Below, one piece after another: positions 11,678 to 25,900 of a stretch of 64,000 bases of DNA. Both the position numbers and the translations under genes were made by a program. The stretch's first letter is position 1, and every line of letters starts with the position of its first letter. Location: the NCBI GenBank assembly GCA_013115125.1, contig JABANN010000063.1, positions 1 to 64,000 on the forward strand. The letters run 5' to 3'. The DNA is from Perkinsus olseni. Its lineage: Eukaryota. Below the pieces are notes generated by a model. It saw nothing but the letters and a program-made list of their open reading frames with translations. It was not told the origin of the DNA and searched no databases.

Positions 11678-12625
11678 TCATAAACCATCTGCATGAGTTT
11701 CGATGTTCTTCAGCGCTTCTTCCCAGATCTCCTTGCTCACGTGGTTGGGCATAACCTCGCAAGTCTTCTGCCAGACTTTACTCCAAAACTGGGGATCTCG
11801 ACTAGTTTTCGAACTCTGAGCGTGAAAGTCTGCAGCCGTTGGCTCCTTGTTGACGCCCCGTAGTCTCTTCCACCACTTGCTGGCAACCGACGGAGGTGCA
11901 AGATAACCCTGGGCTTCCGGATCGACACAGGCCGCATAAATCGGCAACGCTCCTTCCTTCGCAGAGAGGCCAGCGAAGTTGACACTGAGTCTGATGAACC
12001 ATGGCTGCTGGGTGAAGAGGTCCGTTTTCACAACACCTGGGTGGCACTGAACCACCCTGCAGTGTGTTCGCTTGCTGAACTCCGACCCAAAGGCTAGCAT
12101 CGCTAGCTTGCTAGAACCATAGGTGGGGTAAATATAAGAGCTGCCCTGATTTTCACAGTTACTTATCCGTTCAAGTGTATCGGCCTCCCTGCCCCACTGA
12201 TGAGCGCTCGAGTTCGTGACTATCACAGCGCAATCTTTACTCTGCTTCAAAGTCGGCAACAGCAGCGTCATGAGCAGGACGTTCGAGAAGAAGTTCACTT
12301 GCCAGATCTCATCGAGCTTGTCCTTCGTCAGAGACGCGTTACGTTGCATGACACCGCCGTTGAGGACAAGGCGATCGATTCGAGATAACCTTTTGCTGCA
12401 GTCGCTCGCAAAAGCGTGTACAGACTCGAAACTCGCCAGGTCAAGCTGGATGATTTCCACCGAGTTCCCGAAAGCCTTTTCCGCCTTGGCGACGTCTCGG
12501 GCACCGACCACCACCTTCCAACCCGACTCGAGAAGCTTCTTGCAAACCTCTAGGCCGATACCGGCAGTAGCCCCGGTGACGACAGCCAGAGGAGGGGTCT
12601 CAGAGTTGGACAGATCACGTGACAT
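11678..12625 (-). CDS. Short-chain dehydrogenase/reductase (retinol dehydrogenase/WWOX-like)
   Basis: TGATAGIG NAD(P)-binding motif, LDLASFESV, LVLNGG, NSSAH, catalytic YGSSK, HPGVVKT. Intronless. Confidence 0.92.
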   Translation of the reverse strand: MSRDLSNSETPPLAVVTGATAGIGLEVCKKLLESGWKVVVGARDVAKAEKAFGNSVEIIQLDLASFESVHAFASDCSKRLSRIDRLVLNGGVMQRNASLTKDKLDEIWQVNFFSNVLLMTLLLPTLKQSKDCAVIVTNSSAHQWGREADTLERISNCENQGSSYIYPTYGSSKLAMLAFGSEFSKRTHCRVVQCHPGVVKTDLFTQQPWFIRLSVNFAGLSAKEGALPIYAACVDPEAQGYLAPPSVASKWWKRLRGVNKEPTAADFHAQSSKTSRDPQFWSKVWQKTCEVMPNHVSKEIWEEALKNIETHADGL

Positions 12626-13377
12626 TTACTGCGGCTCTTCTATAGGTTGCCGATAAATTGAAAAGCCTTTCGCTTGCAAGTCGCACAAAACACTCGGGAA
12701 AACGCAGAACACGTTCAGACGAGCCCATGAGCACTCTTCGACAATATCGCTCCCCTCAGTAAGATACCCTCGCCGTAAACGCACAATGATGGTGGAATAC
12801 GTGAGCTCGCGTGCATCTTCCGGTCACGCCCGTATGCTTCGCTCCGCTAAGATTGTGCTGAACGAAAGGTAATTTTTCGTTGGACTTCTTCCGAATCGTC
12901 CGATTAAATTCTTAACGCAATTCAAGCATTCACTGTCGCAAGACGAGGTGTCGACATTTTCGGGACCGATCTTTTGCGTGTCTTCTAGCGGAAAATCGCT
13001 AGAAAAACTCAACAGTCGTCATCAGTTCTGTCCGGTCTCGTTGCTCATAAACTCGCCCACGCGATGCCGCATCGGTGGTTAAGAAACTCACTTGTATTTT
13101 GATAAACGGCGAGGTGCCTCAAGCTGTTAACAGCGGAAGACCGTCAGGGCTGGGCTTGAAGTAGCTGGCGGAGTCGCTAGTGGAAGGCAGTCGATTGAAG
13201 TACTTTTTGTGCCGAGTATTTGAGCCTAGCTAGACGGCTTCTCAGAGGCTCCTTGAGAAGGGAATTGTGTTGATCGTCGAAACTTTGAAGTAATCATCAA
13301 TCGTTGGCAGATTTTATTTGAAGTTTTATCTAGATATCAAGTCCTCTCTTCGCAAGAAACTATCAACATCACCATCT

Positions 13378-16300
13378 ATGACGTCCACTACATCATCACC
13401 AATCGGAAATAATATTTTCGACACAACTCACCACCACGACAAGGAGGAGGTGGACTCCTTCGCCGCTGACTTGACCACAACTAGCAACAGCGATATCGAT
13501 CATTTGCCGGTATCTGTTTTCGGTTCGGAGCCGCCGGGGACTCCGCCTGTCAATCCGACCATCGCTCCTCCGCCTGGCTTGTCGCCTAATGGTTATGTAT
13601 CCGCAGAAGGGGATACTCAACCTGCCCAGGTAGGTCTCCTGTACTTAGTAGTTCCATGCTTGTCTTCATGCTTTGTTCAGGTATATATCGGTACGGACAT
13701 CCTCACTGTGCATCTCCCTAAAGGGGTTCTGCTGGCCATGAGTCTCGCTCGAGGTGAAGACCATGGTGAGTCGCTATTCTGTGCTAGCGTCCTCAGCGGT
13801 ACCACTTCCCTGCTTCGTAAAATCTGTGTCCTTCATTAGTTACCGTAAAGGTGCTTTACATTTACATTTTGATTTTACACTAATTTTACATTTTAGTTTC
13901 GGAACTTACGAATCCATAGATTGTTTGCGAATCCTCAGATAGTTTGAGTATCTTCTAACATCTACAAGTTTCGGTTGAATTTTGTTGTGCTCCTTTCCCT
14001 TCAGGTAGCCTATCATCACCGTACACTATTGATGAAATTAACTCAGCCTCTATGCTTGTCCAAGAATTGACAAGAAATGCGGGCCACATCGACTTCGGAG
14101 ATCTCCTCGCTGCCGAAGGCCTGGGGGACACCCAATCGTCACGGCTCACGGAAGAGAGCAAATTGACTGTCGAGTCGCCTCGAGAACGGCTTCCTAGCAT
14201 TAATGTAAGAACTTGAGCTGTTTCGTATCTTGCTATCTACGACCTTAGATACATCATGATGATCCGTTCTCATCTCCTTCTACTATGACCTACTCTATTC
14301 CGAGTAGCAACAGTAGTAGCAGATCGGGCGCTCCTACTTCTGCACCCGCGAAGTTGGCGTCGTCTACGATCGACACATCTGCGATCGATCGATACACCAA
14401 TGGGCTTCTTGGCGATGCGCCTTCCCCCAAATTCACCAGCGGCTCCTCCAACGGTAAGTAGCTGTTTTTTCACGGTTCTCTTTTCTCGATTGTCCGCTGA
14501 CGTGTAGGTGTCGGTGGTGGTCTGAGCGGATCTGCTGGCAGTTTGCAGCTGCCCGGTGTCGTCGAGGATGGTTGTAATCAGGGTCGTAGTGGCCGAAGAT
14601 CATCTTCAAGTGAGTGTATAGGGGTGTCGTAGATTTTTTGATATGGTACCTTGTCAGGTTTTGAATTCGAACGCCGATCAACGTCTGGTTCGGCTAACGG
14701 CAACAGCCCCATATCCGATGTTGTGAGAATGTCCCGAGAGGCGAAGGGCTCAGGTGAGTCTCCCCTCGGCCATATTCTTGTCGTTTCATCGCTGGTTTCA
14801 TCTCAGCTCGAGTACAGGAGTACATGGAGACTGCAACTGAGGAAGAGCGTTCACTGATAATCAGGGAACAGTTGGCGCCTAATGTCGTGCCGCTGTCTAT
14901 GCACACGCATGGCTGTCGAGTCATCCAGAATGCTATCGAGGTCGGTTAGGAACTTCCACCGTTGTTTTCCTCGATTTATGGTATCGTGAATGGTGACGCG
15001 TCGTGTTCGCCTTACATCAGGGTGGTCGCTGATAACTGCGTTCTGTTTGGAATTGTCTCTTTTTCGCTGAGGCCCTCTTTGCGAAGAGTTATTCGTTTGT
15101 TCTAGGATTTGGAGGATATCGACTTGTCTGTTAGGTTGGGTCGGTACAAGACTGTCGTTTCCTGGCTGCTGGTACTGGTCCTCACGTCCTGGAGCTATGC
15201 GCTGATGTTAACGGCAACCATGTTATGCAGAAGTTTATCGAGTGCTTGCCGAGTGAGGAGGTTCAGTTCATAGTGGATGCGCTGGTGGGAAAAGATGATG
15301 CTACCAGCAAGGTAGTGATATTGGGCAGCTTCTTATCTTAAATTATTTTGATCGCGTTCGGGTTTTCGTAGTACTTGTCGTTCTCGGAGCTTCACTGGAG
15401 TGTAGTATTAACGGGGTTCGAAAAGGTGCGTTCGTGTAGTTTGTAGATTTTCGTCTTTTTCTGGCCGAGTCAGTTGTTAGTTCTCCGAAATTCTCATTTT
15501 CTCTAGTATTGCATTTTTCTGCTATAGTTTTCCTGTAGTCTGTGAAGTAGTTTGTGGGAATTCTTGTCCTCCTTTCTTTCAGTCGGCTCACACTGCATGT
15601 CACGTTCTCCGCCTGGCGGTGCATTGTTACGGTTGCCGTGTATTACAGCGACTCTTACAGAAGTGCGATATGAAACAGAAGATACCGATTCTTGACGCGG
15701 TGGTTTATGGGGTAGGTCGGACGGGCTCGGCATAGCGTTCTCTTCCATAGAGTTTTCTCATAACGTCGCAGCCTTCCTTGATACGATGGTGTTGACGTCG
15801 AAATGTTTATAATTACTATGGCGGAATGAGGCCCTTTGGTATCTCTGTTCTTGCTTTGATAATTGTGTTATGTTTTTTCAGACCAGTGACGCGTCGGAGC
15901 GGCGTATGCTTGTGAATGACCAGTTTGGTAACTACGTTGTTCAGCACTCGATACAGTTTGGCCGACCAGAAGACCGTCATATTATCGCTCACGTAAGGAC
16001 GCTCGCCCTTATCTTTCTTATGCTGGCGGTAATCTCTGTTTTATTTGCTTTAGGACTTCCTCCTGCCTTTCGTCGGCGATTTGTGCTCTAATAAGTTCGG
16101 CTCGAATGTGGTGGAGAAGTCTCTGGAGTGTTGCGATATCGATGACAAGCGGGCTCTGGTCAAGGGTAAGCGAAGGTCGTCATGGTGGCGATTTCGATTT
16201 TCGTCTCGCGTCTCGTATAAATTTACCCTGGTTTTGCTTGAAGTCGCGAGAGGAACGACTGCGATGGGATCTTCTGAAACAACTGCTCGCATTCGTCACT

Positions 16301-17103
16301 ATAGCTGTTCATTCGGATGTCGTTTTCGTGCTTGATTCGTGGTGCGTTTTTATCTGTATCATCGTCCTTGTTAGTTCTGTTAACACCAGTAACAGCAGGA
16401 GTTCCTGCTTCCTGTCCGATCGTGAGTATGATGAAGGACCGATACGCCAACTACGTCGTCGGACGTATACTCAACCATGACGAGCGAGAGATGCCAGAGG
16501 TCAAGGTTGTCCGAAGACTGGTCGAGGATAATGTCGAAGTAAGATTCTCCTCTCTTTCACCGGTTTTGCGCCTCGGCAGTGTCGATCGACTTCCGTAGGT
16601 TATGATTGTTCTCGAAAGTTATGTTGTATCGTGTACAAGTGAATCGGTTTTCAATGAAAACTCTTTATCGACATAGCACCGCCGGTTGACTCTTGTTGCT
16701 GATGGTACTCCTCGGTCAGTTCGCCAGTTACAGTTTTTTTGTCAGCGGTTTCGATTTTCACGTTTCTGTTTGTAATGTAGACCATCTTTGTTTTCGAGGT
16801 GATAGCAGTATGCAAAATAATTGGCGATTCATTTAAAGTCTAGTTGGTATTTATATTGTCGCTGAGCAGGTCCTGAAGAAGTTCACCTATGGATGGTACA
16901 TGATTGAGAAGCTTCAGCGAGCTGGTCGCATCAACGTCCCTGGTCTTGGCAAAGCCCCACCTAAGAACGCTCTGTCTGTGCCAAACAACCGCAGACGAGC
17001 TAGCTCCAGTGCCTACAGTAGCTACACTGATGCTAGCTTCTCGGGAAACACGAGAAGACGTCGCTCGAGCGTGACGAGTCCTCATGTCGATGCTAGGGCG
17101 TGA
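13378..17103 (+). CDS. Pumilio/PUF-family RNA-binding protein, multi-exon
   Basis: Low-complexity N-terminus, then PUM repeats GSARVQE, HGCRVIQ, NGNHVMQ, YGCRVLQ, FGNYVVQ, FGSNVVE, YANYVVG and the capping KKFTYGWYMIEKL. GT-AG introns. Confidence 0.92.
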
Positions 17104-18457
17104 GGTTGGATGGTGGATAATTTTTTTAAGGGTGATGCAGCATCATGATCGTCTTTGCTGTCCTTTTTTTTCTGAACGTTTCTTCACTCGAGATGACGGT
17201 GATAGTAGTAATAGTAGCTGAAGTTAGTAGTTTCGATAGCAGTATAAGTTGACTGGTAATCGAACAGCATGAAGCATCATCATCATCATCAGTCGGGCAT
17301 CGTTGTGTTCTCTGTCCCCTGCTTTTCTATTTACATATATATTAAATTAGAGGCCCTCGTGTTTGTCTAGGCTCCTGCTATTATCATCATCAGTAGCCGT
17401 AATGAAGACTCTGTTGCTGCAGCGAGTAGTTGTTAGTGTTGTTGAAGTCCAAGTGTAACCATTGATTTGAGGTATGTTTCTGTTTCGATGGAAATGTCTG
17501 GAAAAAGGTCCTAGCTGGGTGTAGAACCCGGGACCAGATCGGTTTGTTGTGATTGTTGTTTGCATCGCTGTTTTGGTAGTCACCATTACTGGCCTGGTGT
17601 ATCTGCATCGATATATCTGAGCTGCTACTGCTGTCTCTACTATTGCTGCTGATAGCGGTAGTAGTAGCAATTACTATGTGAAAGCAAGGGTAGGGTATTA
17701 AGATCTGTTCTTCACCATCACCGTCATCATCACTCAAGTTGTGTGCATTGTATCACTTGTTGTTTTTATTGGAGCATTATCTAGTATTCTCATCGATGAT
17801 AAGTGGACAGCTCTGTCGTTGTTGTTGGAACAGCTAGAGGTGTCAGAAACTAGCGTCAGCTAACTTCGTCATCCTCATCTGCAATAAGAGCTTTGGTGGC
17901 GTCGACTACGGCACTTCGGACTCTGTGTTAATTCAATATTGTCTTTCGTTCACTCTGTTCGACCTGCTGTTTCGGATTAACTATAAGTAAGAAAAAAGTA
18001 GAATTAGAAGTCGTTACTGAGTCGCAGATGTATGAGCATCTTCTGGCTTTGTTGTTGATGCCGTGGTTCGACCTTACTGAAGGTCTTACTCCTGGCTGGT
18101 CGGCGTACAGGTTGTTTCATCGTTTCAATTCTCATCATCTTGGCTTGTGTTTTGGATGGGTTTTCGTATCTTAATTCTCTTTGTAAGGAAGTTACAATGA
18201 TCCAACTGTTCTATTCAGTAACGGTAAAACTCAGAATCGATTCTGGAATTTTTACGTAAAATGTGGTTCCAAGATCGATTCTGAATTTCGGAGATGGTTC
18301 ATTGAATGGCGCTGATAGTTGTTGTTCTTCAATGAACCCCAAGAGAGTTAGGAAAGTCTCTCTCTTAGTGCAGTAAGTTGGCCCTTTTTTCATCTTTTTA
18401 CGATTATCCTCTATCTTTTTTCTGCTGTTTTTATCATGTTTTTAGTGTGTTTTCATC

Positions 18458-20526
18458 ATGGCTACAGCCTCGCATGCGAAGTCGAAGGAAAATTCAAAGA
18501 AAAAAGATGCGTTAACTGTCGTTCCTCCGCCTACTATAACGTATCCTAATATCGTGGGCTACCTGGAAGTCACTGGAGAGCCCTTGGATTTCTCGTTCAA
18601 AGAACTGACTTGTTGTGAAGGTTAGTGTGCTTGGCGTATCTTAGGTTGATGTTACGTGCGTTAGATATGATACGTGAAGTTCCTAGAGGTGGTAAGAGGA
18701 TGCCCATAATGGTCGAAGAGAAACCTGAGGAGAGCACGGAGGCTGATCAAACGGCTGGGCAGTCGGGGCCGCCAGCGCTCCAAGTATTGGTGCCGGAGGA
18801 AGAGGAAGGGAATAGTGATGGTGATGGTGGAAATAAGGAAGGTAGGTTCGCTATTGACGCCACTTACGCCCCAAAGTTAGCCAGTGTATGTTGTATTATA
18901 AACAGTTTTGTTCGGTGATATCATATCTTGTATTATGGCGTGTTGTAGGTTAACCTGCCGGTATCTTTGTCGTCAGCGGATCACCTTTGCAGTTCGTTAG
19001 TGCGACCATGCGCCCGGAAATTCAACATATTTCTCGCCTTGCTGTTGATAGTGTATTTTTTGTCACGTCGATCTTCGTGATTGGGCTTGCCAAGAGAAAA
19101 TACGGTATTCTCGATACCAAAGTAGTACCAAATTGGTATGTTGTTTCGCTTCAGTGGTGGAAAATTTGCGGTCGAATCATCTACATGGACAAAATAGTGT
19201 TGGTTGTGGCTTTTCTGCTCGCAAGTTTTCTGACTCAAGTTTCCTTGAACTTCGTCGAATCATCGGCTGCTGTTTAGATGCACCAGTCGAGGAGGGTGAA
19301 GTGCCGCTGCCGGGGATCGAACCCGAGGTCAAGGAGCCTCCTCCTGTCGTTGTATGTGATACGCCTGTTATTTTAACGAAGCCTATGACGGTGTATCTCA
19401 AGTTGAATAATAACAGCATCAGTTCTCTGGCTGGCTTTTCGGAGTCTCTCACGTCCGTGATGGTGAAGCATACGGAGAGGTATTGGTGGGAGCATCTTTT
19501 CTTTAGAGAGCATCTTCTCTCAGATTGCAGATTCTGGACTTGTCGTTCAACAGTCTTACCAAAGTCGATGCGGATATTCTGGAGTATCCTAATTTACAGG
19601 CGCTCTATCTGCATGGCAACTGCATTGATACGTAGGGGGTTTCCTGGTTTTGGGAGATGACCGTTTCGCTGCTACTGTTAGTGATCGCATCGATATCGCG
19701 TCCTGTGCTTTTATCATATCATTAACTATTATTTTTCATTGTCGTTTTCTCTCCTTTTGTTGTTCTTTTCTCGTATCTATGTCATTTCCGATGCTCTCTC
19801 GTACGGCAGTGAAAGGAGATGTTTTTGCCTGTTGCTTCAGCTCGCTCGCGGTAGTGTACCAACAGTACTCGTATCAGTACTACTGCTATCTACACTGTCC
19901 TTGTTGCTCTGCACAGTTCTTGTCCGGAGTATCTTTTCATCAGGTTGTCAACGTTTGTGAAGCTCCGCAAGTTGCCTAAGCTGAGGTCCCTCACGGCCAA
20001 TGGGAATCCTATCGAATCTCGAGAGAAGGTGTATCGGCTGTACTTAGTCGGAGCACTCACGTGGTCTGAAGGAGGTTCGAACAGGGAGGCGAGCGTGATC
20101 GGTTTCTCATGCTGCTTTTCTTTCAGAATCGGAATATCGGTTGAAGGCACTCGATCATAGCGCTGTAACGGAAGAGGAAGCGGCGATTGCTCAGGGATGG
20201 TAATGATGATATCCGGAAGGTCGTTGAGAGAGCGTTTTTCGAGATTACGTTGGAGTATGTTGTTCGCTGGGGGTGTGGTGAGTAGCTTAGGCAGGCTAAC
20301 CCACGAGATTAATGATCTTCGTGATTTTCGCGCAAATTGCGTGCAAAATTGTGAGATCTTCAAATCACTCTCGGGTATTTTTACCCGATGTTTCATCTCC
20401 ATTGGTCGACCTAAGATACTCTTATTAGATGAAGACTATCATTGCAGGTACGCTGGTCATTTACATCGGGCGGAGTTGATGAAGGAGAAAATGCAGTTAT
20501 TGCGAGAACAGCAAGGCATGTCATAA
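18458..20526 (+). CDS. LRRC51: Leucine-rich repeat protein, LRRC51-like, multi-exon
   Basis: PLDFSFKELT, LKLNNNSISSL, LQILDLSFNSLTKVD, LQALYLHGNCI, LRSLTANGNPIE, YRLYLVGAL and RLKALDHSAVTEEE (LRR cap). Confidence 0.75.
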
Positions 20527-20622
20527 TCATCATCACCAATCGTTGTGTTACTTGTCCCCACTTTTCTGCCTTGTGTTCGTGGAAGGAATCTTTTCTATAT
20601 TGCTTGTAGTGTAGTTGACAAA

Positions 20623-22813
20623 ATGGATGATTCTCCTGTCGTGCCAGAGTATTCTGTGGAAGTCGAGAGTCAACCTAAGATATGTTGGCCAGAGCTGCTC
20701 TGGGCTGTTGTCAAAAGCTTCGTAGCCGCTCCCAGGTAGGCTGCCCTGTAACAACGCGCACAGAAAATGATATTTGCTCAGGCACTACGATAGGGATATC
20801 TTCCGTGAGTATAACGTTAAAAAGCGGAAGAGCATGGTAGGTTTGGAGAGGTGTGGTAACCTTTGTTCGAAGGTCGGCGATGCTACTTGGCAAGTGTTGG
20901 GGGGGTCTCTGATGCGGAGGAAATATGCGGCGAATATTCGCTTCTTTTCGCGAGGATGATGACATTTCTCCTCGAAATGGAGAAAATTTCTCCGATTTTT
21001 TGTGAAGGGACGCTAGTCGATGGTCTGGTAATATAGCGATGTTGCCTCCCGGATCTCCGTCCGATGGAGGTTCAAGTTTGCTTTTGTAGACGGACTGGTT
21101 CACGCCATCGGTCGTGCGAGCTTGTCCGAGTCTACCAGTGAACCCGGCCGAGTTTGCGGTGGAGGTGTCGGAAGAGGATATGGTCATGTCGCTGAGTAAC
21201 GAGGATGGTGAGAAGATTTCTTGTTATCATTTACTGTGGTATCTTTTATTTTGTCAGGTTGCAAGTGGAAGTACTCGATCAAAGTCTTCGAAGAATCTTG
21301 TGCTACCCACCTTGAGGTCGTCATCTTTAGCTCGTCCGAAGAGGAAGATACCACTGTAGGCTCTCCTCAGGGGTGATTGCCCAGGATTGTAGTATTTGAT
21401 AGTTTTCCTATTTTTCAATCCATTCGCGTAGGAATTGCGAAGTTGTCGCATGTCAACGTGAACTCTAGCTGTGGGATTCATTGTATCTTAGGTCGACCCT
21501 GGGCCTTTACAGAAGCATGTGGATACCTTGTCATCCATCGCTCTCAAGGTATGTAATTGGACTCTTCTGATATTCCGACAGTTCACGTCTAGACTCATTT
21601 TGCACAGTCTGCCATATGCTTACTAACTGAACACTGCTGTCTCCGGAAGGTGCGCAGTTTAGATATATTGACATTGGGGAGTACATTTTTAAGATCCCTC
21701 ATTTTAAATTTGCGGAGGGTTTTGAAGTACTTGTGAAGTTGCATATTCTCAATTGTTTTAACAGCGCTCCGCCCAGTATTTTCAGGAAGGGTGCGAGTTC
21801 CCTTCCATTCAGGTCTTTTTCCTCTCTATCGCTGCCTCTGGTGGAGTAGAAGATATTCTAGCCGTTCCGTATCCAAGGGACTTCGCTCAGATCTGTGCCA
21901 TTGCCAAAGCCTCCGAGATGATGGACCCGTCATTGAAGAAGAGTCCGGGTTACAGAGTATTGCATACGCGGGCTCCTCTCTGTTATCTTCTCTCGCGATT
22001 TTGTGATGTCGAGATCGAACTAGTTTTTCCCGAATTACTGAAGTGAAATTACCATTATCTGTCTTCATGTTGGACCTAGTTGGCGCTGTTGTGATGAACA
22101 CACTCACCAGGAATTATTGCGCAGCTTGGCCAGTGGTAGTGCCATGCATTATGATCGTGTGTATCTCGATTGACTTGAGTTTGGAATTTAGACACGTAAC
22201 TGAGGTTCATGCTGGTCGCTGCTAGATCTTGTGTGCTTGACACAAATGTAGATTGCCACCCGTTTCCAGCCGGCAAAGGAGTGTCACAAACACTGCTGTC
22301 CCGTTACCGTTCCTGTTGCTTTCGGTCTCATTTATCGAATTTGTTCTTCTCATGGCTTTTCAGACATATTTTGGGGAGAGTACCTCGCTAGGGGGTGGGA
22401 CTGTACAGCGGGATGAAGGAAAGGAGACAACAGCTGAGACTGAGTTGACTGACGAGGCAATATAGCGCTTGTTTACATCTCGTTGGTATTTTCCCGCGAT
22501 AAGTTGCTGTTTACCACATCATTCTTCGATGGTGCTTCTAGCGCTGTTAGAGATCTCTTTTCATTGTGAGGTCGAGTTTTCGTCTACTTTCACGTCCCGA
22601 TTGGCAGCCCTCCTTCTCATGGGTTTTCTTCGCCTCGCCGACTGCCCACTTGATTCTCTACTATTCGGTCCTTTCGTTGTCTATGAGGTCTCGTTGTTGT
22701 CGTATTATCAGGTCGATCCGGATGCTCATGGTACCGCTGAAGTCGTCTTTGAGTCGCCCAGCGTCGAAGAATCATCTCCGGCTGAGGGGGTGGCGGTGGA
22801 CAGACATGAGTGA
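20623..22813 (+). CDS. Hypothetical protein, multi-exon (approximate model)
   Basis: Short AG/GT-bounded open segments: MDDSPVVPEY, HYDRDIFREY, VDPGPLQKHV, VFFLSIAASGG, EGVAVDRHE*. No family recognised. Confidence 0.4.
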
Positions 22814-22957
22814 ATCACATGTTGTTTATGTTGTCAACGCTCAGGCGTAGTGTTGGACGGTTTCGGCGGAGCGAAGCGCGGCAGGAATGCCATTTTTGGT
22901 CGCAGTTATTTTCCTTTTTTGTCGCTTTGTTCCGTCGCACTGATTTATCACCTCAAA

Positions 22958-25900
22958 ATGGGATTTCTGGACGTTCATACTCCTATTCAATTTCGGGAGG
23001 CAAAAAAATACCACGAGGTGAGCGGAGCGAAGTTGAACAGATAATTTTGTGGCGCGTGAAATATTTCACTGTCTGTCCACTCTTTCAGTCCATTAAGACG
23101 GATGCCATCGAGCAACTTATAAACGACTGGAAGCGGGCAAAGGATTGGAAGAAGCCAGTGGAAGAGCTCCACTGGGGAGATGAGGTACCTTGCTGGTGTC
23201 AGATCGCTTGATACCTCTTCTGTGGAATGCATGCTTCAACCTTGGATACCCTTCCGACCGGTAGGACTGTGAAATGTGTCTTTATCGTCCCGAATGGTTA
23301 CCGGTTATTGAATGTCGTGACTTAACTCGAATGGTCGACCAATTGATTTCGTCGTTGATGTTTTGAATGATGTAATCGGATTGTAATCGTCTGCGTAGGT
23401 GAGGCGTTATTCGACTTCTTCGGTATATCTCTCCTCTGTGATGTATGCTGGGGATTAGACTCGGTGTGGGTGGAATTTGCGTATTTGTCCTTCCTTCCAT
23501 CAGATGGAGTACATCTTGACGTCAATGCCCTCTGATGGTGTGACTCCTCCTAAGCCGTATTACTATGCTAACAAAGTTCTCGACAAGCTGCACGAGGTGG
23601 ACTCAGACACGTGGAAACCTGAGTAAGCGTAGGGTTACTGTTGGTGGCGAAAACCTGAAAAGGGCGGGGTTCAAGGTCGGAATCCTTTTCATTTTCGGAT
23701 TCGAGGAATCTTGTTTACGACCGGATCGCGGCACGGGTTTTTCGTATAGCGGGTCTGAGTTTTCAAGGTTTCGGTGTGGATCTTCGATAGGATAAACGGA
23801 ATTTGTGGTATAGAAAGAAACTCTATCGCTGACCTTTTAGGTATGCCTCTTATATGATAGAGGGTGTGAAAGTTCCACCTCTTCTCCTGGCGGAGAACGA
23901 TATTGCCAAGCAAGTTTTGTCCAGTCTGATGAAGCGACGGCGTACCGCTGAAGCGGCGTTGCCTGAGGATGTCCATGTTATGAGCATTCCGGCCTTCCCT
24001 ACACTGGGCGCGGAGTACACCCATCGTGACGATCATCTCAAGGGACCGACGGCTGAGAGCATTCTTGTTCCGGATGATGTCATCACACCTCATGTTCGAT
24101 TCCAGACTTTGACCAAGTCCGTCAGAGCTCGCAAGGGTGCCAAGGTACTAACGGCGTTACTCCTCCCTGGGCCGTCCTGTATGCGTTTCACTGACTTGTC
24201 ATAGAGAGCAGTCATGAGCGTTGGTCTGATGGGCTGTACATATCATGGGATGTTCGTCAGTTTGAACTGTCCGGTTTCGACCTTCAACTTCGGGCGTATC
24301 TTACTGGGTCGTATATATTTTATTCCGTGCTATTAACGATGTAGCGTGATTGGGGTAGTTTGGCTTTTGATCTTCATTACCACCATTAACGACTTGTGCA
24401 TTGGTGAAGATTGTGTTCGTTTAGGTCGCTATTGCCCCTCCACTATATAAGGACATCAACACCGTTTCCACCGGCAGCGTCGATTTTAACCCAGCCAAGA
24501 CGCCGTGGCAATTGAGGAAGACGGGACTTGATCAGTCTCGGGATCCCCTTAAGGACAGGGTCTACCTGGACGCAACTGTTTTTGGCTTCGGTCAGTGCTG
24601 TCTGCAGGTGAGTGTCGACAAGAGGGTTACCACTCCATCGCACTCATGTCTTTCGAGTGTGTCGCCCGACATACAGTGTGAATCATTCTGGCCTGTGTAG
24701 TTTAGTCGAGCACTTGTGGTAGATGTATTAGTTGAGGAAGTGCGATGGATTTCGGACTCACCCTGGCAATCTCCAGACTCTTTATCAGAAGGATCATATT
24801 ACTAGTCTTTCCAACCTCACACCTACTCGACGTGGCACCGAATCGCATCCTTGAGTATATAATGTCTGTTAGTGTACCTTCGAAGCGCCCTCGTTGCCGG
24901 CTGCCCGCGTTCTTCACGACCAAATGTGCGTCCTAGCGCCGTTGTTTTTGGCTTTGAGTGCAGCTGCTCCCTTCCAGAGAGGTAATAGTAGTCCATCCAG
25001 CTGGAGAATGAGGAATGCCTTGTGCATTATCGTAGGTTTGGTGACGGACGTTGATGCTCGGTATGAGCTGCTATCACAGTGCGTTGATGACAGGACGGTG
25101 GAGGAAGCGGATCCGAAGAACCCTGAGTTCAAACAGCAGGGAAGGATGCCCGAAACCATCCACCGGTAGGCGTTTTCGGGGATATTTTCGTGTCTCCATG
25201 ATGGAAGTGCCTTCGGAATTGTGCGTGTTTTTGCAAAGTTCTCGACCGATGTTGGATAGCTAGAAGTGTCGGACAGAATTCTGCGTCGAGAATGACTGAT
25301 TTCTTGCTAGTGGTTTTCAGTAGCGCCAGGAGAGTATCGTTTTTCCTCTACAGCGGAGTGAAGCTGCGTGCTCTTGCAGGTACATCAGCACTAGCGCGCC
25401 TGAATCCATGTCGGATTTGGTGGTAGAACACAGAGAGGACCAGAAGCAACGATTGATGGACGCTGGGATGGACGAGGTCTTCGCTGACTACTTTGCATAT
25501 ATATTCTACCGGTAAGTCGGGCTGCTACCTTGTGCTGGTATACTCGAGGGCTGCTCTGCGATAGTGGTTACTCAGCTTGTCCGGTGTCTCACATCGTAAG
25601 GGGTGATGGCGTTCGGCCTGTGTCGCCAATTGTCAGAAACTTTGTTCGAAGCAGAGACCTATTATTGTAGTGAGCGAGAACGATAAGTTCGTTGCGCAAT
25701 TTTTGACGATACAGAATTAGTGTAGTTCTTGTCTCCGTGCATCGGGTTGCTATATGGTGAGCGACTGATGTTATGCCCATGCTGGTGTTCACAGTACAAG
25801 TGGTGACAGAAGGTCATGGTCGTTGTCTTGTTCAGAGACCCTATGATCATATTCAAGGAACGTATCCATCTTGACAACGACCATTCTATTGAGCACTTCG

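Noticed and set aside
17104..18400. AT-rich region with short Asn/Thr-rich ORFs
   Set aside because: Simple-repeat-rich 3' UTR or intergenic sequence after the PUF gene; no coding signal and no canonical TGTANATA cluster seen.
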